Shown: positions 52,145 to 64,000 of the stretch, piece after piece
Layout of the letters: the number at the start of each line of letters is the position of its first letter
Position numbering within the stretch: the stretch's first letter is position 1
From: Octopus vulgaris
Taxonomy: Eukaryota
DNA: 64,000 bases
Assembly: GCA_951406725.2 (NCBI GenBank)
Contig: OX597822.1
Span: forward strand, 101,308,001-101,372,000
Direction: 5' to 3'
The notes under the pieces: generated by a model
Told to the model about the DNA's origin: nothing
Database searches by the model: none
The model's input: only the letters and a program-made list of their open reading frames with translations
Made by a program: the position numbers and the translations under genes

Positions 52145-52540
52145 CTTTCTATTCTAGGCACAAGACCTGAAATTTTGGGGGAGGGGCCAGTCGATTAGAT
52201 CGACCCCAGTACACAACTTGTAAATTAATTTATCGATCCCGAAAGTATGAAAGGCAAGGTCGACCTCGGCGGAATTTGAACCCAGAAGGTAGCGGCAGAC
52301 GAAATACCTATTTCTTTACTACCCACAAGGGGCTAAACACAGAGAGGACAAATCAAGGACAGACAAACGGATTAAGTCGATTATATCGACCCCAGTGAGT
52401 AACTGGTACTTATTTAATCGACCCCGAAAGGATAAAAGGCAAAGTCAACCTCGGCAGGATTTGAACTCAGAACGTAAAGACAGACAAAATGCCGCTAAGC
52501 CTTTCACCCGGCATGCTAACGTCTCTGCCAGCTCGCTGCC
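52145..52540 (-). mobile_element. SINE family B, dimeric
   Basis: Two bodies and one head on the minus strand. Confidence 0.8.
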
Positions 52541-52566
52541 TACATTTATATATATATGTGTATAAA

Positions 52567-53109
52567 TCTATTATATAAAATCCGTTCTGTCTGTGTGTGT
52601 CTTCTAGGATCTCGGGCATCCTCTATCCGATTGCGCTCAAATTTGATATGTAGACACCGACGGTATCAGGGGTTGTATAAGACTTGAAAATTGCAAAAAT
52701 CGATTCCAGGTGAGAATACGATCGATAAAGTCGTGGGAACGTGCAATTGTACGCGCAAGTATATCAGCTGTTGCGATCGATACTACGCGTACGCGAGAAA
52801 AATGCACGTGCAGTTTGCGCAAAAAAAGCCTGCTGCCTTGAAATAATGCCACAAAATCCAGTATATTTAAGAGACTAAAAATGTAAGATGTAAAAAAGAG
52901 ATATTTTCTTTAAACTTGGCATGAAGGAGGGAAATACTATTTGGTTTCTCAAGAAGTTCTTTTTTGCTTTAACTTCGTATAATAAAACCCCAAATTTTAT
53001 TGAAATAAAGGCATGCTTAATTATTTTTTAATGAAAAGAAAACACTGATTGCTTTTTATTCAGCAGATATGATTCAGCACCGTCCATTGGACGGGGCGGC
53101 GTTTTGCTA

Positions 53110-53110
<1 letters not shown>
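52567..53110 (+). mobile_element. Non-autonomous Helitron
   Basis: A|TCTATTATATAAAA start, 3' GC hairpin CCGTCC-ATT-GGACGG, then CTAG|T end. Confidence 0.8.
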
Positions 53111-53159
<49 letters not shown>

Positions 53160-54465
53160 GCGCGTACAAATATGTGCGCGCATGCATGCGTGTGGCGTGT
53201 TTGTCACCCACATCACGCATATCAAGCGGTTCTAACTTGTTTTACGCCCTACAACTTAATAATTCCGCTAAGGACCGATAAAATAACTACCATCTTTGAA
53301 TAACGAATACTGCGCTCGCTCTATTCTTCCCTAAACTGTGAAGTCGGTGCGGCTCTATGGCTACAATCCAATGACTGAATCAATTGAAAGATAAAAGATA
53401 TAAATTAACGACAGATCCGATTCAGACATATATCGTCTCTATAACATTGCCATTGAATGACACTTTCATTTCGTGATGCAATTACAATGAAACAACTGAT
53501 AGATTTCCTTATCTTATACATACACAAAATTCCATACTCATTAAACTTATCATAAATAAACAACTACTTTATTGAATGTGGTCCATACTTGTATATATAG
53601 TTCAACCAAGAGGAACTTTTAACATGTTTCTTGTCATGACACAATAAGAACCTGAACTCTTTAATGCATAGCAAAGAAATATTGGTCTGTATTACAATAT
53701 TTGCCTGTGAATCTATCGGTAAATTAAATACGGGACCGACTGAAAGGTACGTAGATTTAACAACTGACAGTTAAGTGTCTTGCTCGTGGATATAACTGAA
53801 AGCTGTATCCAGGCGATGAACTACGAATCAGCCAACTTTGGGTTGTTTCTCCAGTATTCTATCGATTCTGTAACCAGTAGCTGTACTTTGCATTAGTGAG
53901 ATTATTAGCAAGCCTCCGTTTGTAACAAGATTTCCAAGCAAATATTGACTTCCCTGCGATTAATAAATAATATTTACATTACAAGATTACCGGATACTTC
54001 TATATTAAACATGAGAAATATTGATACTTATCAAATAAAATATAGAGATTCGTTAATCCAGTCTAAGACAGCAATTATATGCTAGTTCTCGTTTAGTATT
54101 TTAAACAAAGAGTTAGTCTTACTGCCTGCACATTTAAACATATATAAGTCCTAAAAGAATAATTTGATAACGATGTACTTGTAAGAAAATGTTATTTTAT
54201 CATAGCAAATTAGACGTGTTTAGCATTGAGATGACTGAAATCTTTTGTGAAAGCTATTTTCTTTTCTAGTAGCCTTGAAGCAGAAGAAAAAAATTAACAC
54301 CGATATATTCCATTGTCCACTCAGAATATTTTCTTATTCTTTGTTTTCTCATAACGTTCGTATCTCCCTCCCTCTGTCTGCCTGTCTCTTTGTCTTACAC
54401 ACTCATACACACATGTATGTATGTATGTATGTATGTATGTATGTATGTATGTATGTATGTATGTA

Positions 54466-54514
<49 letters not shown>

Positions 54515-55798
54515 TGTATATGTGCGTTTATTTATGCACGAGCGTATCTATACATATGCATATTTGTATTAGTAAAACTATTAATGGATACATAAACACT
54601 ACAGAATATGCTGAAAGCTTTTATCTACCGATCGTACTTCTACCTCATCTCTTTCTCTCTTATTCTCTCTCTCGCTCTCCTCTCTCTTTATAAATATAAA
54701 TGTGTATGAATGTGCATATATATATATATTTCATAAGCATATACACACATAGATTGTAATTAGATAAATGTGTTTCGGAAGTAAATACCCAAAGAGAATC
54801 GGCCACCTAAAATTCGTAGAAAGTGGACCTAATATCATTGTTTGCACCCTATTTCCGAGTTTAAGGAAGTTAATTCCAGCTTAACGAATGCAAGATAACT
54901 TTTCCTCGAAACTTGCCAATAAAATAATTTGAGTTTCTGTTCATTCATTCATTCCGAGCTGTTTTATACCAAACACTACGTGGCTGATAGTGTAATACGA
55001 CTGGCTATAGAGAAGTTCTATAGTTTTACACCGCCTGATGAGAGATACAGTGATCGAAACAGATACAGAAAACTATATGACGTAAGATCACGTAAATGTC
55101 CTCTATGATCGTATATCTTAACTTAATTTCTTTCTTTCTCTTTATTCTTTCATAATGTCATAGATTAAATTATTCCTAACTTAAAAAAGAAACACTTTTG
55201 TGAATAGTAACACTTTAAGATAAATTTTAGTGTATTTTGTGCACTGCATATGTGTTATGACTGTGTATATTTCCTACAAGAAGGTCGAATCCATGCAGGA
55301 GGTCGTTTACCATCGAAAGATAGATACATCTATATAGATATTTTTTTTTTTTGTTTTCCATACATTCATCCGTTCTGGACACTTCGTATTTAACTCCAGG
55401 TCATAGACAGCCTTATACTGCTCACAGACGGTTATATTCTTTTTGTTGCACCGCCTGAGAGTTGCAATTCTCGGAACTGAACATGTTGTAACGTAGGATT
55501 TGCTACCGCCATAAATATTTATTTTCTATATCGCTTCAGAAGTTGACTTTGGTTTAGTATTTCCAATTTAGATAAGTCGTAGTCAATTTAATTCATAATA
55601 TAGGTGAAAGCGTGTTACCCAATTTCATTAAAAATATCTCACTAAGATGACATGTGACATACCACGCAGTGTGCACACTTGCTACAGATATTCACACACA
55701 TTATATCTCTCCTGGCTACATGTGAATGGATGTGTCACAGAGATTTACTTTTTTAATAAAAAAGCATTGCTTTCGCTAATTCAATATATCATCATAAA

Positions 55799-55852
<54 letters not shown>

Positions 55853-56010
55853 GTTAATCCAAACTATATATAGGCTTGGCGCCTGTATAAGACTTCCTGC
55901 TTTGTCTCAGCGTTCTTTATCTTCCTTTTCTTTTTCTACATCTGTACTACAATGCTTCAAGCGAGCTACAACCTTCTTTTATATATATATACATATACAT
56001 ACATACGTAC

Positions 56011-56105
<95 letters not shown>

Positions 56106-56473
56106 TATGTTATGGAGATCTAGCTGTTTAGAAACTCCTGATTGTTGTCAGTCACTGCATCACAACTCAAGGTTTGTGTTAACTAGCAACAGTATAAGAA
56201 AAAGTATCTGTTTTAGCTGAGTGTAAATATATATATAAAGGGCAAATACCCTGAAACATGTCTGCAGATGTCTGACCAGCAAGGGGAAGCGGCTGACCTC
56301 CTCTGTTCGAAGGTTATAATGAACACAGGTTCGTGTGTCATATAGCTAGCTCGAGGCGATGGCCTCTTGGAGCTAATCAACGACAGCTTTAGTCTTATAT
56401 TTATGGACTACCATTGTAGCTTGGCGATAACTATTAATATCCAGTATCCTTTAGAGAGACTTAGAAATTTTAA

Positions 56474-56565
<92 letters not shown>

Positions 56566-56638
56566 AATGTATACACGTCGAACTCTCGCCATTTGTGTTG
56601 TATATCGAAATATTTAGCTAATTATAGATACTAGTGAA

Positions 56639-56639
<1 letters not shown>

Positions 56640-56674
<35 letters not shown>

Positions 56675-57005
56675 GCTGCTGCTGTTACTTCCAGCACCAT
56701 CACTAGCACTACTACAATCAAACCTACCATAATCTCAACCAGCAGCGCTACTTCTACTGCTGCTACTCCTACTACGGCCAGCATCATAGCTACCACCAGT
56801 ACTACAACCACAACATGTACCAGCACTAGCATAATTACTACCACCACTATCAACACCACAACTACCATCGCCACCAGCACCAGCACCAAACCACCACCAC
56901 CAACACCAGCACCACCAGCACCACCAAAACCACCACCACCACCACCACCACCATTCTTGCAAAATTACTACTACTAAAATACATCTATTATCGCTTCTGT
57001 ATCAG

Positions 57006-57063
<58 letters not shown>

Positions 57064-57064
57064 G

Positions 57065-57141
<77 letters not shown>

Positions 57142-57203
57142 GACGACGACGACGACGACGACGTCTACTACTACTACTACTACTACTACGACGACGACGA
57201 CGT

Positions 57204-57240
<37 letters not shown>
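56640..57240. repeat. (CTA)n/(CCA)n/(CGA)n microsatellite block
   Basis: Directly visible. Confidence 0.95.
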
Positions 57241-57243
<3 letters not shown>

Positions 57244-57673
57244 TAGCGATACTAAAACTGCTACTATATTTCCTGGCTACAGAGATTCGTAGGGATAGTA
57301 TTCGTCACCAGTTTGCGCTGTGTTAAGCAGAGATGAAAAGACACTCGTAACCATGGAGAGCGGTGACTATGTATTAAACTTGACTTTTAAAATTGAATGT
57401 TATGAGTCAGGCACAAGACGTTAACAAAAATAAAAGTCTTAGCTCATGAACACGATGTAACAGCAATAAAACATGTCAAATGCAAGCGAAAGTGAGCAGC
57501 TGAATCGAGAAATTATTGCGTTTGCAAGAGGTCTGGATACAAATCTTGTTTAATTCATTCGATAGATGAGACTGGTTCAGTTGCGATTATCTTGTATTTG
57601 TTTTACTGTAGCAGAATGTCTAATGGCATGATGAACGTTTATTGCGAATTAAAACATGTCTTTAATAGTTAAT

Positions 57674-58453
57674 CATTTCTACTCTAGGCAAAAGACACAA
57701 AATGTTTGGGGAGGGGGGGGCAGTCCATTAGATCGACCTCAGTACGCAGCTGGTACTTAATTTATCGATCACGAAAGGATGAAAGGCAAAGTCAACCTCG
57801 GCGGAATTTGAACTCAGAATGTAACGGCAGACGAAATACCTATTTCTATTTCTTTACTACCCACAAGGGGCTAAACACAGAAGGGACAAACAAGGACAGA
57901 CAAACGGATTAAGTCGATTACATCGACCCCAGTGCGTGACTGGTACTTAATTTATCGAACCCGAAGGGATGAAAGGCAAAGTCAACCTCGGCGGAATTTG
58001 AACTCAGAATGTAACGGCAGACGAAATACCTATTTCTATTTCTTTACTACCCACAAGGGGCTAAACACAGAAGGGACAAACAAGGACAGACAAACGGATT
58101 AAGTCGATTACATCGACCCCAGTGCGTAACTGGTACTTAATTTATCGAACCCGAAGGGATGAAAGGCAAACTCGACCTCGACGGAATTTGAACTCAGAAC
58201 GTAGCGGGAGAAGAAATACCTATTTCTTTACTGCCCACAAGGGGCTACATACAGAGGGGACAAACAAGGACAGGCAAACAGATTAAGTCGATTATATCGA
58301 CCCCAGTGCGTAACTGGTACTTATTTAATCGAGTCCGAAAGTATGAAAGGCAAAGTCGACCTCGGCGGAATTTGAACTCAGAACGTAACGGCAGGCGAAA
58401 TACGGCTACACATTTCGCCCGGCGCGCTAACGTTTCTGCCAGCTCGCCGCCTT
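57674..58453 (-). mobile_element. SINE family B, tetrameric, with 18-bp TSD
   Basis: One head at 58452 and four ~184-190 bp bodies. ATGTCTTTAATAGTTAAT at 57656-57673 and 58454-58471. Confidence 0.88.
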
Positions 58454-59980
58454 ATGTCTTTAATAGTTAATGAGAAAAAAAAAAACGAGTGAAGCAAGCG
58501 AACCTTGAGCTATATCAACGAATTCAATACAGCGCATTAAGGATATCCATATATTTAATATAGTTGAGAAATAGGTACTAGATATTAATCAACTTTGGTG
58601 GAGCTGGTATAGACTTGTTTAAAACTCAGTCGAATAGACTGCGGTTGTATTGATGAAATGAATTGATAAATCAGAAATCAGAATCATGAATTGACAAAAT
58701 TGGAGGTTTTAGTCATTGGCTTGACTAATAAATTACAAATGGTTTACTCAGCTGTATTCGTCTCTACTTATCAAAATGTACTATAGTGTAACCTGTCATA
58801 TAACGCATAGCTTTGGAAGTATACTTTTGTCACTGTGGGTAATATCAAGAGATATGGTGTACATAAGATAATTATAATTTAACTTTTATCTAATGTATTG
58901 GTGTTTATCGAAAATGATGAAATGAATACAAATTTACAAAAGAAATATTTGTTGTATTAAAATAAAATTAAATAAAACTAATTTCTCGTTTGAATAACTT
59001 CTCATATTGTCACTCTGTCGTCTCCTCCTCCTCCTCTATAGTTTTCTTTAGTTTTCTTCATTGTGAGTAGCATTCTTCATTGCTTGCTACTAAGCCAAGT
59101 ATAAGCATTCATACAGCACCTCTCATGTTAACTATTTGTATCTCAGTTACTCTCTCTCTCTCTCTCTCTCTCTCTCAATCTCTCTCTCTCTCTCCCCTGT
59201 GTCTCTATACACTATGGAGAAATCAATCTGGCAACCAATGAACGAACCAACAATCAACGAACCGGCTATTATTATGTAGAGGTAATAGTGTATTTTTCAG
59301 AAAACAACAGTACATTATGATTATAACTGGCCATCATCAAGTAGTACTTCGAAGTGAAGAGGCGCTTGAACGCATTGCAAGTGCTTACACATAATAGTCG
59401 CGTAAGGTTACGCAATACTACCGTGCAAGTTACATCACATCTGAACTGAAACAAAATCAAGAATCATATTGGACAGAAAGGATATATTATGTCACATGGT
59501 AGAAATATCGCATGGGTTGCATAGAAGTAGATCAAGAAGGAGTATGAGAAAGATCGCTATAGCACCAGCGAATATTTACATAAAAAATCGTTCTGTTTAT
59601 AGGATTTCAAGCTAACGGACTCCGATTTTTAGAAGATGAAAACGTATTTTGTTCCCTTCAGATATTGGCTAAACCCTTTTAATTCCTTGCTGCCAAGTTT
59701 GCATATCAAGCGCAAACGGTTATATTTCTATATTTGCAGGTCTTTGATAAAATATCTACTCCAAAATATAGCCTTTTAGTATTTTTTCAAAAGTTACGTT
59801 AATGAACACAATGGCGTAAATGGTGGTATTTACGCCAATGAAATACTTCATAAGCAGGAGTATCAAAATCAGCATGAGAGTATTGAATATATTTCAAGTC
59901 TGTCTATCTCTCTATCTATCAGTCCCCCTGTTTGTCTGTCTCCTTCACACACACCCTCTCTCTATCTCTCCCCCCCCCCG

Positions 59981-60029
<49 letters not shown>

Positions 60030-60145
60030 CATATATATATAAAGTTAATCCAAACATGAAAACATAAAGAGAAAACACAACAACGGGAGGACGTGGAACA
60101 AGTATAGTGTTATTAGACGCTCAGGAAAGAAAAGAAAGAAGGAGG

Positions 60146-60180
60146 ATTTAACGTTTCGAGCGGAGCTCTTCGTCAGAAAC
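60146..60180 (-). ncRNA. Minimal type I hammerhead motif
   Basis: Reverse complement: GUUU-CUGACGA-A-GAGC(UCC)GCUC-GAAAC-GUU-AAAU. Confidence 0.68.
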
Positions 60181-60380
60181 ATAGAAAAAGGAAAGATCCA
60201 AGGAAGGGAAGACGGAGGAAAAAAGATCGCCAACGATACACACTTCGTATTTAACTCCAGATCCAAGACAGCCTTATACTGCTCACGGAGGGTAATATCC
60301 TTTTTGTTGCACCGCCTGAGAGTTGCAGTTCTCGGAACTGAACATGTTGTAACGTAGGATATATAAATATATATAAATAA

Positions 60381-60450
<70 letters not shown>

Positions 60451-61449
60451 ATGTATATATATGTATATGTATATATATAAATATATGAATTTTATATATA
60501 TAAATATCGGTAACGGCTACCAGATGCTATTATATATTACGACATCTCCTTTTACTGAATATACATGTGAAAATCCGCAAACATTTGTCGATTAAAAACG
60601 AAAGACCTTGAATTCCAGAACAGAAAATAAACAGGCTTTCTTACAAATCACTGCAATGTAACACACATTATGGCAATAACGTAATGCGAAAGTAGCTCTA
60701 TTCATGCATGTCGTCAGGTGAGTAGAGTCTAAATCACTGCTAGACTATTAGTTTCTCTTTGAAGGTATAAAACGAAGAGTAACTAAGGATGATCTAACAG
60801 TTCTTTGACCTGACGACGTGCAGCTATTATTGTATCATGATAATGCAGTAATGTATGTAATTTATGTAACTCACAGCCATTACCAGTTGAAACAGTTGTA
60901 GTAATTTGTAATAAAACCTGTTTATTGAATCCTCTTGTTTTAAAATGCTTTTCGTAGATTTTGTATGTATGTATGAATGACCGGAGAGAGAATGAGAGAG
61001 AGAGAAAATAAGAGAGAAAGATAGAGAAACTGAAAGAGAAAGAAAGAAAGAATGACAGAGAGAGAGAGAGATATCTATGTAGGTAGTTAGCTATCTGTCT
61101 TTCTCTCTAGCTATCCCTCACTTCTCACTTTTCGCTTTGTGTTACATACATGTGTACATGTGTGTGCATTTCGCTGTATGTATACACGCATGTCTACATT
61201 TTTCTTTAATTTCTACCGGTTTATGTTTCCCGTAACAACTCTAGTTGTGTGCTTGTTTTCCAATTCGTCGCTCCCCTTAGTTACTGACCTGACAACGGGT
61301 GAGATCAATGTGCATGTGGAGAGTGAGTAATATCTTCTAAATGACAATAAACTAATTCTATATTCATCTATTATTTTGCTGTGCTATGTAAACCATCTGC
61401 ATATACGCTAATTACTCGAATAACATATACTGTATATGTATATATACAT

Positions 61450-61523
<74 letters not shown>

Positions 61524-61570
61524 ATATATATGTATATATGTATATATATATGTGTATATATGTATATATG

Positions 61571-61605
<35 letters not shown>

Positions 61606-61730
61606 GTGTGTGTGTATATATATATATGTATATATGTATATATGTATATATATATATATATACATACATAAGCATATGTTGTTGAAGTAATTAGTCTACC
61701 TACATAGCTATGTATATGTAGACACACGCA

Positions 61731-61780
<50 letters not shown>

Positions 61781-61946
61781 AAGATGTGTGTGTATGTGTA
61801 TATAATAAATTCCATTAAAACACCTCGTTCGTCTTCATCGTTCAGAGAAAATCGTCTCGCTGAACAAATCTAAACGCCTACGTAGGCATGCGCACTAGCA
61901 CACAGACAAATTCACTCGTTCTTATATACGCCTACACACACTCAAA

Positions 61947-61990
<44 letters not shown>

Positions 61991-62326
61991 CACACACATG
62001 TACACACACATACACACACACGCACAATGCCTTTGTTTGGGTTCCTCCACTCATTGATTGAGTCTTTGTCGGTTTCATACAAGAAGAAAAAAGGAAATCA
62101 AGTAATTAAATATATAAAATCAACCCTATAACAGGAATGGAATTTTATTGCTGAGTGTCATAGCGATGTTCGGTATGTTTTGCGTATATTTTAGACCTGC
62201 TCAAGCCCATCTCTTTTCAGATCTGACCAAAGTCGACCAAAGTCGATTTCTTTTTGAAGAAAGTCAGGAACTGAGAGGAAGACAGAGAAGACTCGACACC
62301 AGCACAGGAATGGTATTTTATTTATC

Positions 62327-62560
62327 AGCGAGCTGGCAGAAACATTAGCACGCCGGGTGAAATGCGTAGCCGTATTTCGTCTGCCGTTACGTTCTGAGTT
62401 CAAATTCCGCCGAGGTCGACTTTGCCTTTCATCCTTTCGGGGTCGATAAATTAAGAACCAGTTACGCGCTGGGGTCAGTATAATCGACTTAATCCGTTTG
62501 TCTGTCCTTGTTTGCTCCCTCTGTGTTTATCCCCTTGTGGGTAGTAAAGAAATAGGTATT
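62327..62560 (+). mobile_element. SINE family B
   Basis: Family B head and body. Confidence 0.85.
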
Positions 62561-62775
62561 TTATTTATCGACAACGGAAAGATTGACAGCAAAGCTGACC
62601 TGAGCAAGATCTGAACACAGAACGAAAGCTAACAGAATGATTACTGTAATCTAACTGACGTCCTCATGACTCTACCAACCAGCCACTTTAGGTCCTACAC
62701 ACAAACTTTTTGGGTGTATATATATATGTCAAGCAGTAGTGAGGGACACACGCACACATTGGCGCACATACACAG

Positions 62776-62834
<59 letters not shown>

Positions 62835-62889
62835 AATCTATCTATCTCTTTCTCTCTCTATATATATATATGTATATATATATATACAT

Positions 62890-63176
<287 letters not shown>

Positions 63177-64000
63177 TATCAAAGCCATAGCAGAGATTAA
63201 TATTTTTCTCTGGCAAAGTCACTTTTGTTATCCTGGATCAGGCCTAACAATATTGTGAACACAGGAGAAACTTCAGAATAGCGAGAGACTGGTTCGGCTA
63301 AATATAATATATGACGTAATATAATATGAAATAAATATGATATGAAATAAATATGATATGCATATATACGTGTGTGTGTGTTTGTGGGTGCGCGCGGAAG
63401 TTTGGCGCCAGTTTCCTGAGATAAACATACTCTTTATAAATTCATCATTTATAATTTACATCTGAAATACATTTTACCAATCCTGTGCAGTGATATCTCT
63501 TGAATCTATTCATGTTATTCTCCATAATGCCTTAACATCCTATACGACGACTGAAAATTATTGAGTAAGCACTTATTTAGATGCTTAATATATTTAAGTG
63601 GGGAATTAGTAATTGGTAATAGAGATGCTGCAGAAGAATCATGGAGACTATACGAAATTCCTAATTTGAATCCCGATCCAATGTGCACCTTAGGAGAACA
63701 ATTGTAGTGTACTTTCAAAATCTTCTAATGATTTTTCTTTTACACAAGGAAAGTTCCTTGAGTGTATGTAAGGCATCTTTCCCTTGTGAATGCTTACACT
63801 CTATATGATTTAATGTTGCTAAGATTTCAAAAGGGAGCCTTTTTGTAGATAGAATTTGTATGAGCCTACACCTGCTTGTCGGTTTCATATAAAAAGAAAA
63901 TAAATAAATGAATAAATGCAACCCTCTAACAGGAACGGAATTATATTATTGAATTAAGAATGCGTTACTCAAAGAACCCGTAAGTTACAAATAAATTAAG

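Noticed and set aside
60706-60821. 14-bp inverted repeat containing CTGACGA
   Set aside because: No downstream GAAA/NUH hammerhead geometry and no TSD. Too short to support a call.
63515-63921. Two adjacent short minus-strand ORFs
   Set aside because: No motifs, splice support or signal peptide. Lengths are as expected by chance.

Overview
Eukaryotic, AT-rich DNA saturated with microsatellites and retroposons. The SINE and LINE families and the neuropeptide type point to a coleoid cephalopod, probably Octopus (inference). Only one host gene is supportable: a 2.7-kb terminal exon on the minus strand (33407..30669, phase-0 acceptor, AATAAA at 30211-30206). It encodes a highly repetitive FCAP-like (feeding-circuit-activating peptide; xFDSLGG motif) neuropeptide precursor with about 51 basic-site-flanked, mostly amidated peptides in three blocks. 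Its signal-peptide exon(s) could not be located. The rest is mobile DNA: a 5'-truncated Penelope-like element with an intact GIY-YIG endonuclease ORF, R4/Dong, CR1 and RTE LINE fragments, two decayed mariner transposases, three non-autonomous Helitrons, more than 25 tRNA-derived SINE copies (some multimeric) and a 2.2-kb tandem duplication. The non-coding DNA also carries a population of type I hammerhead ribozyme motifs (four with intact cores, two with a variant core, several decayed), mostly in small (TA)n-embedded Penelope-like or retrozyme-like elements, plus several fold-back structures. Most ORFs in the supplied track are microsatellite or SINE artefacts.
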